From contig OZ242214.1 in assembly GCA_965206595.1 (NCBI GenBank), positions 6,592,001 through 6,656,000 of the forward strand: DNA of 64,000 bases. The letters are read 5' to 3'. The notes under the pieces were generated by a model. That model was given only the letters and a program-made list of their open reading frames with translations. It was not told where the DNA came from and ran no database searches. Source of the stretch: Candidatus Latescibacterota bacterium. Lineage in GTDB: Bacteria; Latescibacterota; UBA2968; UBA8231. The translations under genes and the position numbers were made by a program. Shown here piece by piece: positions 1 to 10,526 of the stretch; the first letter of the stretch is position 1, and every line of letters starts with the position of its first letter.

Positions 1-669
1 CACTCGGTGCCGGAGCTCGTGTCGCGCTTCTCGGTCGAGCAGACCTTTCTCGAACTGCCCCCGCGCTACAACATCGCCCCGTCGCAGCCGGTGGCGGTGG
101 TGATCCAGCGGCAGCAGCGCCAACTGCTCGAGTTCATGTGGGGACTCGTCCCCTTCTGGGCGAAGGCCGCGGCCATCGGCAACCGCCTGATCAACGCCCG
201 CGCCGAATCGCTCCCCGACACCGCCGCTTTCAGGAACGCCTTCCGCCGCCGCCGCTGCATCGTGCCGGCCAGCGGCTACTTCGAATGGAAGCGCCGCGGC
301 TCCGGGAAGGTCCCCCACTACATCCAGCTCGCGGACCGGCAACCGTTCGCCATGGCAGGCCTGTCGGAAAAATGGCACGCCCCCAACGGCGAGGTTCTGC
401 GCACCTGCGCCATCGTCACCACCGAACCTAGCCCCGCGGTCGCCGGACTGCACCACCGCATGCCGGCGATACTGACGCCGGAGGCCGCGGAAATCTGGCT
501 CGACCCCGAAACCGGGGAACTCCCCGCCCTGCTGTCGCTGCTGCGCCCCTACCCCGGAGAGCTCAGCCTGCACCCGGTGTCCCCGCTCGTCAACCGCGCC
601 GACGTCGACGAAGCGGCCTGCGTGCAACCGGTCGACGCCCCGGACCTGCAGCTCGGCCTCAATCTGTAA
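1..669 (+). CDS. SOS response-associated peptidase (SRAP, YedK/HMCES family), 5' end outside window
   Basis: PRYNIAPSQ, MWGLVPFW, INARAES, RRCIVPASGYFEW and HHRMPAIL motifs; the N-terminal MCGR is absent, so the gene starts before base 1. Confidence 0.9.
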   Translation, partial: HSVPELVSRFSVEQTFLELPPRYNIAPSQPVAVVIQRQQRQLLEFMWGLVPFWAKAAAIGNRLINARAESLPDTAAFRNAFRRRRCIVPASGYFEWKRRGSGKVPHYIQLADRQPFAMAGLSEKWHAPNGEVLRTCAIVTTEPSPAVAGLHHRMPAILTPEAAEIWLDPETGELPALLSLLRPYPGELSLHPVSPLVNRADVDEAACVQPVDAPDLQLGLNL

Positions 670-687
670 GAGGGCAACTCCGCCGCC

Positions 688-2244
688 TCACTCCTTCGAC
701 TCCGGCACCTCCCCGGATCCGGCCCTCAGCCAGCGCGCCATTTCGCGGATTCCCGGCGGCTTCCCCGTCATCAGGATGCCGATCCTGAAGAGCTTGGCCG
801 CGGCGAGCAGGGCGAGGCAGATCCCCCCTGCCAGCACCGCCGTGGTCGTCAGGTACTCCCATGCGGGGGGAGGTCCCGCGGCGCGGTTCATCATCACGAA
901 GGGGGTAAACGGCGGGATGTAGGACATGATGCGGGCAAGCGTGCCGTTCGGGTCCTGGCTGACCGGCACCATCGCAAAGAACACCACCATCATCGGAACC
1001 ATCACCGGAAGCACGAGGTTCTGCGCCTCCTTGAGGTTGTTGCAGACCGAGCCGAGGCCGACGAGGAAGGTGGCGTAGAGGAGGTACCCCATCGCGAAGT
1101 AGAGGAAGAAGGCGAGCAGGAAGAACGGGTCCGCGGCCAGACCGAGCAGGGTTTCGACCGCAGCCGGGGATCCGCCTGCCGCAGGGAGGAGGACGGCGGC
1201 GAGAACGATGAAGAATCCCCAGGATGCGACCATGGTGAGGCCGGCCCCCGCGGCGCCGGCGATCTTTCCCGCCATGAGCTGAACCGGAGAGACCGAGGAG
1301 AGCAGCACCTCGATGATGCGCGCCGATTTCTCCTCGATCGTGCTGGTGAGCAGCATCTGCGCGCTGGTGAAAATCGCGATCCAGAGGAGGTAGGTGAACC
1401 CGACCGGGGCCCATTGCCGCGCCGTGTCTTCCCCCGCGACCTCCGCCTCGCTGCCGTGGGAGTCGACCTTGCGGCCCTCGAACTCCAGCGGTTCCTCGAT
1501 CCAGGCCGCGGTTCCGGGTTCGACCTCCGCCGCGGCGATGCGGCGCTGGCGGATGACGGTGTTGGCCCTGGCGACGAACCACTCGTGCAGCTCGCGGTCG
1601 GTGAGGTTGTTGGAGACGTACTTACATCCCTGCGAGCCGACGACCGGGTCGGCCCCGATCGTCAGGTAGGCGAACAGCTCGCCGCTTTCGACGCGGCGGT
1701 TGAGAGCTGACAGGTTCCCCTCGGCGTTGTCGAGGCGGGTGAAGCGGGAATGCGAAAGATGGAGGTCGAGCGCCTCCAGCTCGTCCGCCGAGACCGACCG
1801 CCACCACTCGTACAGCTCGCTGCTGCGCGCCGGGTCGGCGAAGCTCCGCGCCCCTTCCGGCACCTGGCTTTCGGTCCGCCCAGCCAGGGCGCGTACGAAC
1901 GCCGCCCTCTCCTGCTCGTCGATCCCCATCCAGGCCAGGGTCAGCTCGCGAACGACCTCGGGCAGCCGCTCGAACTCGCGGCCTTTCCCGCGCTTCCAGG
2001 CGGCAGCCGCGGCGATCAGGTCGGTCAGGTCCCTTTCATAGATGAGGGCGTCGATCTCCCGCAACAGGAAACCCGATTCGTCGACCACGGCGTAGGTGCG
2101 GACGTCCTTGGCCTGGAGCAGGAACCTCGGCACCACCGCGGCGAGAGCGATGATGACGGGGAACGCCAGCAACCCGAGCCAGAAGGCCTTGGTGCGGACG
2201 GTCCCCAGGTATTCGTTCGAGGCGACCAGGAAGGCTTTCGTCAT
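688..2244 (-). CDS. ABC-2 type exporter permease (NatB/YhaP-like)
   Basis: N-terminal TM helix, large extracytoplasmic loop, IEEKSARIIEVLLSSV motif, C-terminal TM bundle; overlaps the ATPase gene. Confidence 0.85.
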   Translation of the reverse strand: MTKAFLVASNEYLGTVRTKAFWLGLLAFPVIIALAAVVPRFLLQAKDVRTYAVVDESGFLLREIDALIYERDLTDLIAAAAAWKRGKGREFERLPEVVRELTLAWMGIDEQERAAFVRALAGRTESQVPEGARSFADPARSSELYEWWRSVSADELEALDLHLSHSRFTRLDNAEGNLSALNRRVESGELFAYLTIGADPVVGSQGCKYVSNNLTDRELHEWFVARANTVIRQRRIAAAEVEPGTAAWIEEPLEFEGRKVDSHGSEAEVAGEDTARQWAPVGFTYLLWIAIFTSAQMLLTSTIEEKSARIIEVLLSSVSPVQLMAGKIAGAAGAGLTMVASWGFFIVLAAVLLPAAGGSPAAVETLLGLAADPFFLLAFFLYFAMGYLLYATFLVGLGSVCNNLKEAQNLVLPVMVPMMVVFFAMVPVSQDPNGTLARIMSYIPPFTPFVMMNRAAGPPPAWEYLTTTAVLAGGICLALLAAAKLFRIGILMTGKPPGIREMARWLRAGSGEVPESKE

Positions 2245-3152
2245 GCCGATTCTCCCTCGCCGCCGACGGCGCGGAGGAAAATCTCGTGCAGGGAGAGCTC
2301 GGTCAGGTCGAACCGCCGCACCCGGATGCCGTTTGCTATCAGGGCCTCAAGGACCTCCTGGGAATCGCCGCCCTGGGCGAGAAACAGCTCCGCCTGCTTG
2401 CCCGAGTCGTTGACGCGCTCGACCCCGGGGAGCTGGGCCAACGGGCTTCCGTTGCCGTCGTAGTCGAGACGGATCGACTGTCCCGCGGCGGCGCGAACCG
2501 ACGACAGGCTGCCGTCGAGAACCTTGGAGCCGCGGTCGATCAGGACTACGTAATCGCAGATCTGCTCGGCCTGCTCCATGATATGGGTGGAGAACAGCAC
2601 GCTCTTGCCGTTTCGCTTAAGCTGCAGTATCAGGTCCCTCACGACGTCCCGGTTGACCGGGTCGAGTCCGGAAAACGGTTCGTCGAGAATGACGAGGTCC
2701 GGCCCGTGCATGACGGTGGCGAGGATCTGCACCTTCTGGGCCATCCCCTTCGACAGGGTGTTGCACTTCTTCTCCCGCCAATCGCCCAGGCCGTATTCCG
2801 CCAGCAGGCGTGAGGAGACCTCACCGGCATGCCGCGCGCCCATTCCCTTCAGGCGGCCGTAGTAGGTCATCAGGTCGGCGAGGCGCATCCTGTCGTAGAG
2901 TCCGCGCTCTTCCGGGAGGTACCCGATGCGCTCCCTGATGGCCGCCGGGTCGCTCTGCCCCAGAACGCGGAGGCTGCCCTGGTCCGGGTAGAAGATCCCG
3001 ACGATCATCCGCAGGGTCGTGGTCTTTCCCGCCCCGTTGGGACCCAGGAACCCGTAGATGCACCCCGGCGGGACCTCGAGACAGAGATCGTCCACGGCGA
3101 CCTTGTCGCCGAAACGCTTGCCGACGTGATGGAGGGCGATAGCCGCTGTCAT
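2241..3152 (-). CDS. ABC exporter ATP-binding protein
   Basis: Walker A GPNGAGKTT, signature LSKGM, Walker B ILDEPFSGLD; start could be 3173. Confidence 0.92.
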   Translation of the reverse strand: MTAAIALHHVGKRFGDKVAVDDLCLEVPPGCIYGFLGPNGAGKTTTLRMIVGIFYPDQGSLRVLGQSDPAAIRERIGYLPEERGLYDRMRLADLMTYYGRLKGMGARHAGEVSSRLLAEYGLGDWREKKCNTLSKGMAQKVQILATVMHGPDLVILDEPFSGLDPVNRDVVRDLILQLKRNGKSVLFSTHIMEQAEQICDYVVLIDRGSKVLDGSLSSVRAAAGQSIRLDYDGNGSPLAQLPGVERVNDSGKQAELFLAQGGDSQEVLEALIANGIRVRRFDLTELSLHEIFLRAVGGEGESA

Positions 3153-3278
3153 GTCACCGTTTCCCTGCTCCATTTCGGCGGGAGGGGTTCAGATACTCGA
3201 AAGAGGAGCGCCTCCCCTTCTTTCGCTCTTCGGACATCGTTTCTGGCGGGTCCGGCGTCCGATTCCAATAATATACCG

Positions 3279-3420
3279 GGCGGCGTCCCCGAACGACTCG
3301 CCGCATCGATGCCTCCCGACCTGCGGAGCGCGACCAAGCCTTGGTGGAATCCTGAACCTGGGCGGAACCTGCGGGACAGATGCATCGGCGAGAGAATGCG
3401 GTGAGCTGTCGGGGGTCGTC
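3279..3420. ncRNA. Candidate structured non-coding RNA (long rod-like hairpin), family unassigned
   Basis: Nested stems 3279-3292/3409-3420, 3297-3306/3396-3405, 3307-3312/3382-3387 and 3314-3318/3372-3376; TAATAT at 3269-3274 just upstream. Confidence 0.3.
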
Positions 3421-3530
3421 ATATAAGCCCGGACTGCCGACCCCGGAACCGCAGCGGAGATCCCGCCTCGTTTTCGGACCGCCGAACCTCGTCGGGACCA
3501 TCGCCGGCACCAGGAGAACTTTCATACCCT

Positions 3531-4388
3531 GTGGGATCTTCAAGCGCCAACAGCTTCTACCAACCTCCAACAGCGGACCCGCTCTACCACCTGGTGCAGC
3601 AGCCGGATGCGGACATAGATCTCGCTTTCGGAGCCCTGCTGATCGCCCGCGACGCCTACCCTGCCCTCGACATCGACTCCTGTCTGCAGCGCATTCGCGG
3701 CCTCGCCCTGGAGGTCGAGCCCCGTGTGAATGGCCGCGAGCCGCATGACGCTGTGCGCGAGCTGAGCCGATTTCTCGCCGTCGAGCAGGGATTTCGCGGC
3801 AATGCCGACGGCTACGATGATCCGCGCAACAGCTATCTCAACGACGTCGTCGACCGCCGCCTGGGAATCCCGATAACCCTTTCCATCCTCTACATCGCGG
3901 TGGGCCGGGAGCTGGGCCTTCCCCTGGCCGGGGTCAACTTCCCCGGACACTTCCTCGTCAGGTGCGCGGCTGTTCCCGACCCGGTTTTCGTCGACCCCTT
4001 CAGCGGCGGCCGCGTCATCGGCCGGGCGGCTCTCGAAGGGATGCTGGCGCGAATGACGGTAAAGGATGCCGTGCTCGACGACAGGCTCCTCGCCGAGGCG
4101 GCCCCGGCGCAGATATTCGCCCGCATGCTGCGCAACCTCAGGCAGATACACGCCGGCCGTGAGGAGTTCGAACGCGCCGTCAGCGCCGGCGAGAGAATCC
4201 TCTGGCTGCAGCCGGAGACGGCCGCCGACCTTCGCGACCTCGGATATCTCTACTTCCGGCTCGGAGCCATTCACCGCGCCCTCTCCTGCCTGGACGAGTA
4301 CCTGCGCCGGGCGCACGGAGCCGGAGACGCCGTGACCATCGCCAACGACATCGCCCTGCTGCAGTCGCGGCTGGCGGTGTTGAACTGA
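3531..4388 (+). CDS. SirB1 family transglutaminase-like protein with C-terminal TPR
   Basis: GFRGN..YDDPRNSYLNDV, RRLGIPITLSILY, GVNFPGHFL, FVDPF and RMLRNL motifs. Confidence 0.85.
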   Translation: MGSSSANSFYQPPTADPLYHLVQQPDADIDLAFGALLIARDAYPALDIDSCLQRIRGLALEVEPRVNGREPHDAVRELSRFLAVEQGFRGNADGYDDPRNSYLNDVVDRRLGIPITLSILYIAVGRELGLPLAGVNFPGHFLVRCAAVPDPVFVDPFSGGRVIGRAALEGMLARMTVKDAVLDDRLLAEAAPAQIFARMLRNLRQIHAGREEFERAVSAGERILWLQPETAADLRDLGYLYFRLGAIHRALSCLDEYLRRAHGAGDAVTIANDIALLQSRLAVLN

Positions 4389-4514
4389 CTGCCTTGCCCG
4401 TCGCGGAGGCACTGCCGACGGTCGCTTGGCGGGATGACAGGGTGGCATTGGGGCGGCTGAAGTACCAGGCCTGGCGACGTCCCCGAAGACAATCCGCCCC
4501 GGGAGCTGACGCGC

Positions 4515-4712
4515 ATGGCCGCTCGTGAGAAAACTCCGCCGATCGATCCGGGACTCTGCGGGGACTGTCGGCACTGCCGCGTCGTCGCTGCCCGCAACAC
4601 TCGCTTCTACCTCTGCCGGGTCTCCGAGCGCGACACGCGGTTCCCGAAATACCCCCGGCTTCCGGTGGTTGTCTGCGAGGCCTACCAGCGGCAAGAGGAT
4701 GAATCGCATTGA
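4515..4712 (+). CDS. Small Cys-rich hypothetical protein (65 aa)
   Basis: GGGAG RBS; GLCGDCRHC...FYLC...RFPKYPRLPVVVC pattern. Confidence 0.65.
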   Translation: MAAREKTPPIDPGLCGDCRHCRVVAARNTRFYLCRVSERDTRFPKYPRLPVVVCEAYQRQEDESH

Positions 4713-4773
4713 TGGTCCGGGACCGACCGTTCCCCAAGATGGGGCGGGGGACCGGCCGATGAAGAGGAGGGGT

Positions 4774-5502
4774 TTACTTCCCGCGGACGCGCTCCCCGAG
4801 GGCGGTTATCAGGCGGGAGGACTCCGCCCGCGCTTTAGCGAGGCCTGCCGGCGTCGGTTCATCCGTCTTCAGGTAATCGAGGATGACCTGCTCGGCGGCG
4901 ACGAACTCCTCGCAGACATGGGCGACGTCGCTGGCGATATCGTTGGGAACGACGGCGACGCCGTTGCAGTCACCGTGCAGGAGATACCCCGGGAAGATGG
5001 CGATTCCGCCGACGTGAACGGTGCGCCCGAGATCGACCATGTGGTTGTACCCGTGGGAAGCGATGGCACCGTTGGTGAAGGCGGGAAAACCGAGGTCGCG
5101 CACCTGGTCGAGGTCGCGGCCGGTGCCGCTGGTGACCAGGCCGACGGCGCCGAAGGTCTGGTAGACGGAGCACATCACCTCGCCGAAGGTCGCCGCCACC
5201 GATGGACTGTCGAGGTCCTGGAAGACAACCACCGGCGGTCCGGGGACCTCGGAAAACGAGGCCACCTGCCTGTCCATGGTGGAATAGACGTCCCCCTGCG
5301 CCGGGGCCGAGGCGCGCATCGTCACGGTGCTGGCGTACCCGACCATGGGGGGCATCTCCGGGTAGCATGCCTGGATGCGGGAGTCGGTGTAGCCGACGTC
5401 CCGGGGCCTGACCTGGAACAGCTCGATGGCGTTGCAGATGGTCGGAGTATCGTACTTGCGCAGCAGCTCGAGGTCCTCGCTGCTCAGTCCTGGTTTCGAC
5501 AT
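4774..5502 (-). CDS. RraA family protein (HMG aldolase-like)
   Basis: DTPTICNAIE, PMVGYASTV, FGEVM, GRDLD and GYLLHGDCNGV motifs. Confidence 0.85.
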   Translation of the reverse strand: MSKPGLSSEDLELLRKYDTPTICNAIELFQVRPRDVGYTDSRIQACYPEMPPMVGYASTVTMRASAPAQGDVYSTMDRQVASFSEVPGPPVVVFQDLDSPSVAATFGEVMCSVYQTFGAVGLVTSGTGRDLDQVRDLGFPAFTNGAIASHGYNHMVDLGRTVHVGGIAIFPGYLLHGDCNGVAVVPNDIASDVAHVCEEFVAAEQVILDYLKTDEPTPAGLAKARAESSRLITALGERVRGK

Positions 5503-5664
5503 TCGGCTTTTCTCCGGTGGAAGTGGGGCCGGCAAGATATCCCGCGGCGCGCGCGGGTGTCAAAGCTGCTTCGGGGGCCGGGGAACCTGCTTGCAGACCG
5601 GCTTTGCGCTGCCTATATCAGGGTAGCGGCAAGGACTAGCCTGCCCTGCCGAGCCGAGGACGAC

Positions 5665-5823
5665 GTGATCGAAGAGATCCTGGACATACTGCTCGACCGG
5701 CGATTGATATCGATCGTCGCCCTGCTCGTCGCCTGCTTCATTCTGCGCGACGTGGTGCGCACCCTGGTGTTCATTTTCGACGCCGGCCGGTGGCGGCGCC
5801 CTCCGAAGTCCCGGGGGAAATGA
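5665..5823 (+). CDS. Small single-pass membrane protein (52 aa)
   Basis: GAGGA RBS then GTG; hydrophobic LISIVALLVACFIL with basic tail; TTGCAG-N17-TATATC promoter-like element at 5591-5619. Confidence 0.5.
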   Translation: MIEEILDILLDRRLISIVALLVACFILRDVVRTLVFIFDAGRWRRPPKSRGK

Positions 5824-5882
5824 GCTCCACTGCGCGAGCGGAGTCAGGCGGCGAGGGCCGCGAAAACCCGCCGGTCGGCTCT

Positions 5883-6623
5883 TCAGCCGCCGGCCAGTCG
5901 CTCGGCGTCGTCCTCCGGTTCGTACCCGAGCTCCGAGCGGGCGTTGGAGATGTCCCAGTAAGCCCGGGTGTTACCCGAGATGCCGTAGTAGATCCCGGAG
6001 CGTACCTCCGCCTCGATGCTCCGCCACACCAGCTGCACGCAATCGCGGTGGCTCAACCAGGTCGACAGGATGCGGTCGCCGTCGCGCCCGGTAACCGACT
6101 TTTGCGGCTGGAACGAGCCGATGCGCAGGCTGATCACCTCGAGACCGAACTCGTCGACGTAGTACTGCCCCAGGTCTTCCCCGAACGCCTTGCTGACCCC
6201 GTAGTAGCTGTCGGGGCGCGTCGGCATCTCCGGCCTGGTGTACACGCCCTCCTGCTCGTAGAACCCCGTTACGTGGTTGGTGCTGGCGAACACCACCCGC
6301 TTCACCCCTTGGCGGCGGGCAGCTTCGTAGAGGCAGTAGGTGCCCTTGATGTTGGCCTCGAGCACTTCCTCCCAGGTCGCCGACACGTTGGGGTTGCCGG
6401 CGAGATGGACAATGGCGTCCATGCCGGCGACCGCGGACTCGACGAAGGGGATGTCGGTGATCGCCCCCTGGAAGACCTCCTCCCCGGGGCCCGCGGGCAG
6501 CACGGTCCGGTGATACATCAGGCGCAGGCTGTAACGGTCCCGCAGGCCATCGCGCAGCACTTGGCCGATGCGGCCTGCCGCCCCCGTGATCAGAACCCTT
6601 TTTCTCCGCCCGCTACCCTGCAT
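5883..6623 (-). CDS. NAD-dependent epimerase/dehydratase family (uronate dehydrogenase-like)
   Basis: ITGAAGRIG, FASTNHVTG, YGVSK, LRIGS and TWLSHRD motifs. Confidence 0.85.
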   Translation of the reverse strand: MQGSGRRKRVLITGAAGRIGQVLRDGLRDRYSLRLMYHRTVLPAGPGEEVFQGAITDIPFVESAVAGMDAIVHLAGNPNVSATWEEVLEANIKGTYCLYEAARRQGVKRVVFASTNHVTGFYEQEGVYTRPEMPTRPDSYYGVSKAFGEDLGQYYVDEFGLEVISLRIGSFQPQKSVTGRDGDRILSTWLSHRDCVQLVWRSIEAEVRSGIYYGISGNTRAYWDISNARSELGYEPEDDAERLAGG

Positions 6624-6791
6624 GTCGTCTCATTCTCCCGAATCTCCTGCGCCTTGTCGACAGGCCGCACCAGCATGCGGCGGCCGGCACCATCCCCACC
6701 TGCAGCGGCGCACTGCCAAGCCTGCGGAGGAGAAAGCCTCCGCTCCAGTTTCCATCCCCTGTTCGCGGAGTTTCTTTGAACAAGCCCGGAA

Positions 6792-7442
6792 TCAGCGCGC
6801 CGCCCAAAGGCAGCCGCGGCGCTGGATCTCCCTGGCTTCCGGCACGTCGAAGTCGGCTGCCACGTGCCCCAGCGACGAATAGAACACCCTGCCCTCTCCC
6901 CAGCGACGCTTCCATACCACCGGCATGACCGTGCCTTCCACCCACGGCGCGCTTCGCCGCGGGCCGACGGCCGTCGTCGCCAGCACCTCGTTCCCGGGGT
7001 CGACGTGCATGTAGTACTGCTCCGAGTGCATCGAGAAGCTGCCCAGACCGCTGACGATCGGATCCTCCGGTCGGCAGATGTCGACCTGGTAGTCGATGAT
7101 GCCGTCCGGGTGGGCGATGAACTGGCCGCCGACCATGAACTGGTAGGTGCAGTTGTTTCTGAAGGCGTCCGCCATGCCTCCGTGCCAGCCGGCGACCCCG
7201 ACGCCGCTGTGGATGGCGTCGAGGAGGCCCCTTTCCTCGTCGCCCTCGATCCGGCCCATCGTCCAGATCGGAACGATCAGGCTCAACCCTCGCATGAAAT
7301 CCTCGTCGAGGTAGATGGAAAGCGATTCCGAAACGGTGACCTCGAACCCCTCCCCCTCGAGGATCGGCGCCCAGATCTTCGTACACTGCCGGGGCTGGTG
7401 GCCCTCCCAACCCCCCGAAACGATCAGTGCCTTTCTCATCAT
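6792..7442 (-). CDS. ThuA domain-containing protein
   Basis: C-terminal part of listed ORF 6792..8504: [36 protein letters not shown]. Confidence 0.85.
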   Translation of the reverse strand: MMRKALIVSGGWEGHQPRQCTKIWAPILEGEGFEVTVSESLSIYLDEDFMRGLSLIVPIWTMGRIEGDEERGLLDAIHSGVGVAGWHGGMADAFRNNCTYQFMVGGQFIAHPDGIIDYQVDICRPEDPIVSGLGSFSMHSEQYYMHVDPGNEVLATTAVGPRRSAPWVEGTVMPVVWKRRWGEGRVFYSSLGHVAADFDVPEAREIQRRGCLWAAR

Positions 7443-7623
7443 TACCTTTCCCGGGTCCGCGGAAAGCGCGGCTGGTCCAACTACCGGCCGCCACCATTCC
7501 GCAACGAATCGCCATATCAGTAAGGAAGGGTCACGGGCGAAGTCAAGATTGCCGCCCCCCGGAGGATGGGTTTCCTTTCCGCCTCTGCAATCGGGCAGAG
7601 ATGCCGATCTCGTCCCTCCCACC

Positions 7624-7665
7624 GAAAAAACCACCATCACCTTTGAAAAAACCGCCATCACCTTC
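7624..7665. repeat. 21-bp tandem duplication
   Basis: gaaaaaaccaccatcaccttt / gaaaaaaccgccatcaccttc (2 mismatches), ending 2 nt before the ATG at 7668. Confidence 0.9.
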
Positions 7666-7667
7666 GA

Positions 7668-9392
7668 ATGAATAACGCCCCACTGAGAAGCGCCGACTGG
7701 TTCGCACCGGTCACCCATCATGGTTTCGTCAGCCGCAGCTGGCTCAAAGGCCGCGGCCACCCGCAGCAGATGTTCGACGACAAACCCGTCATCGGCATCT
7801 GCAACACCTGGTCCGACCTCAATCCCTGCAACGCCCACCTGCGCATCCTCGCCGAGTCGGCGAAGCGCGGCGTGTACGAAGCGGGCGGCTTCCCCCTGGA
7901 GTTCCCGGTGATGTCGCTTGGGGAAACCCTGATGCGGCCGACGACGATGCTCTACCGCAACCTGCTGAGCATGGACGTCGAGGAGTCGATCCGCGCCAAC
8001 CCGATCGACGGTGTCCTGCTGCTCACCGGGTGCGACAAGACCACCCCGGGAGCGCTGATGGGGGCCTGCAGCGTCGATCTGCCGACCATGGTGGTCACCG
8101 GCGGACCGATGCTGACAGGCAAGTACCGCGGCCCCAACATCGGCTCCGGCACCGACGTCCACCGCTTTTTCACCTTCACCGAGCTGCGCGCCGGCAGCAT
8201 CAGCGAGGAGGAGTTCCTCGAGGCGGAGGGCTGCATGACGCGGAGCGACGGCCACTGCATGACCATGGGAACCGCCTCGACGATGGCCTGCATGGTCGAG
8301 ACCCTGGGACTGACCCTGCCGACCGGGGCGGCCATTCCCGCCTCGGACGCGCGCCGCCGGAACCTCGCCCACCGCGCCGGCAACCGCATCGTCGAGCTGG
8401 TGCGGGAAGGGGTGCGGCCGTCCGACATCGTGTCGCGGAAGTCGCTGGAGAACGCCATCAGGGTGAACGCCGCCATCGGCGGATCGACCAACTTCGTCGT
8501 GCACCTGCTGGCCATCGCCGGCCGCCTGGGACTGCCGCTGGAGCTCGACGACTTCGACCGGCTCGGCAGCCGCATGCCCCTGCTGGTCAACCTGATGCCG
8601 TCAGGGGAACACCTGATGGAGGACTTCTACTACGCCGGGGGGCTCCCGGCGGTACTGCGGGAGCTGTCGGGGCAGCTCCATGCCGACTGCCCGACGGTGT
8701 CCGGGGTGAGCCTCGGGGAAAACGTCGCGGGCGCGGAGTGCTACAACCGGGACGTCATCGCCGCCGTCGACGCCCCCTTCCAGGAAGAGGCCGGCATCGC
8801 CGTATTGCGCGGCAACCTCTGTCCCGGCGGCGCGGTGATCAAGCCCTCGGCCGCCTCGCCGGAACGCATGCGGCATCGCGGCCGCGCCGTGGTCTTCGAG
8901 AGCCTCGAGGATCACCGGGCACGCGTTGACGACCCGGACCTCGACGTCGACGAGGACTGCATCCTGGTCCTGAAGGGAATCGGCCCCAGGGAATTCCCCG
9001 GAATGCCGGAGTTCGGCAAGTTCGGCCTGCCCCGGAAGCTGCTGCAAAAAGGGGTGCGCGACATGGTCTGCATATCGGACGGGCGCATGAGCGGCACCGC
9101 TTTCGGCACCATCGTCCTGCACGTCGCTCCCGAAGCCGCAGTGGGAGGTCCGCTGGCGCTAGTGGAGGACGGCGACATGATCGAGCTCGACGTCCCCGGC
9201 AGGAGACTTGATCTCGACGTCTCCGCGGCCGAACTGGAGCGGCGGAGGCAGCGGTGGCAGCCGCCGCGGCCGCGAGCCGACCGCGGCTACGTCGGCATCT
9301 ACCTCGACCACGTGCTGCAGGCCGACCGCGGCGTCGACCTCGACGTGCTGATTGGCTGCTCCGGCTCCGTCGGTCCGCGCCCGTTCGTGTAG
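7668..9392 (+). CDS. IlvD/Edd family dehydratase (sugar-acid dehydratase type)
   Basis: [39 protein letters not shown] and LHVAPE motifs. Confidence 0.9.
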   Translation: MNNAPLRSADWFAPVTHHGFVSRSWLKGRGHPQQMFDDKPVIGICNTWSDLNPCNAHLRILAESAKRGVYEAGGFPLEFPVMSLGETLMRPTTMLYRNLLSMDVEESIRANPIDGVLLLTGCDKTTPGALMGACSVDLPTMVVTGGPMLTGKYRGPNIGSGTDVHRFFTFTELRAGSISEEEFLEAEGCMTRSDGHCMTMGTASTMACMVETLGLTLPTGAAIPASDARRRNLAHRAGNRIVELVREGVRPSDIVSRKSLENAIRVNAAIGGSTNFVVHLLAIAGRLGLPLELDDFDRLGSRMPLLVNLMPSGEHLMEDFYYAGGLPAVLRELSGQLHADCPTVSGVSLGENVAGAECYNRDVIAAVDAPFQEEAGIAVLRGNLCPGGAVIKPSAASPERMRHRGRAVVFESLEDHRARVDDPDLDVDEDCILVLKGIGPREFPGMPEFGKFGLPRKLLQKGVRDMVCISDGRMSGTAFGTIVLHVAPEAAVGGPLALVEDGDMIELDVPGRRLDLDVSAAELERRRQRWQPPRPRADRGYVGIYLDHVLQADRGVDLDVLIGCSGSVGPRPFV

Positions 9393-9485
9393 GAGCCGGC
9401 GACTCGCTCATGGGCCTTGGGGCAGTCCCGCACGAAATGGACGCCACTCCGGAAATGAGCCTGAATCCGTCCCACGAGTAACGCC

Positions 9486-10337
9486 ATGCCCTTCCTTTCC
9501 AGAGCCGTAGCAGGTGTGGGCGGTCGGCGCCGCCTCGGCACCCCCTCCCTGCTGCTGCTGCTCGTCGCCCTGAGCGGTTGCGCCGCGGTGCGCCAGCAGC
9601 TGGGGAGGAGCCTGGTCCCCCCGGAAACGGAGATCGAGCTCGGGCGCAAGCTCTCCCGGCAGATCGAAGCGGAGCAGCCGGTTCTGCGCGACCGCGAAAT
9701 CCAGCGCTACGTCGCCGAGATCGGCCGGCCACTCATCCTCGCCAGCCATCGCGACCGGCCCGGGATCCCCTACCGCATCCGCGTCCTCGACGACCCCCGC
9801 CAGGTCAACGCCTTCGCCCTTCCCGGGGGATTCATCTACTTCTACTCCGGCCTGCTGCTTTTCGCCGAGAACGAGGCCGAGGTGGCAGGCGTGCTCGCGC
9901 ACGAGATCGGCCACGTGGTCGGGAGGCACTCGGCCAACCAGCTGGCGACCCGCTTCGGGGTGCAGCTGTTGGCGGCGATTGCCCTGGGGGATAACCCGGC
10001 GCTTCTCGCCGAGCTGACGGCCGACATCCTCGAGGCCGGCTCTATGGCCGAATTCAGCAGGGACGACGAACGGGAAGCGGACCGCTACGGCGTCGCCTAC
10101 ACCATCGCCGCAGGGTACGATCCCCGGGGCATGATCACCTTTTTCTCCCGGCTGCTTGAAGCCGAATCCGCCCGGCGGCCGGGGTACTTCGAAAAGCTGA
10201 TGTCCACCCACCCCGCGACCGCGGAGCGCATCCGCGACATCGAGAGGCGGATCACCAGGGCCGGCGATCCGGATGGGCGGCTCGGAGCCGAGCGCTTTGA
10301 GCGCATGCGTGCCCGGCTGAAGCGCGGATACCGTTGA
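9486..10337 (+). CDS. M48 family metalloprotease, probable lipoprotein
   Basis: LSGC lipobox, VNAFALPGG, HEIGH zinc motif, EREAD, STHP. Confidence 0.9.
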   Translation: MPFLSRAVAGVGGRRRLGTPSLLLLLVALSGCAAVRQQLGRSLVPPETEIELGRKLSRQIEAEQPVLRDREIQRYVAEIGRPLILASHRDRPGIPYRIRVLDDPRQVNAFALPGGFIYFYSGLLLFAENEAEVAGVLAHEIGHVVGRHSANQLATRFGVQLLAAIALGDNPALLAELTADILEAGSMAEFSRDDEREADRYGVAYTIAAGYDPRGMITFFSRLLEAESARRPGYFEKLMSTHPATAERIRDIERRITRAGDPDGRLGAERFERMRARLKRGYR

Positions 10338-10526
10338 CGACCCGGAGGCGGCCACGGAATCAGAGAGGTGCCTCGCGCCTCCGGAGCTTTCAGGCAGGGG
10401 TGCTGCTGCGAAAACAGTGTTATGGAGAACGGCTTCGCGGGAGTTGTAGAGTACCGGCAGGCCGGGGTGAGAAATCTGGCTGCGTTTCCGCGGCCAGCCA
10501 GCAGGTGCGGCCCCGCGGAACCTCGC

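Noticed and set aside
3342-3358. tRNA or tmRNA-like 3' end (GGTTCAGGATTCCACCA on the minus strand)
   Set aside because: T-loop spacing is wrong and no acceptor or T stems can be formed
10340-10400. Glycine riboswitch-like CTTTCAGG and hairpin
   Set aside because: Other conserved aptamer elements are missing and it lies between convergent genes
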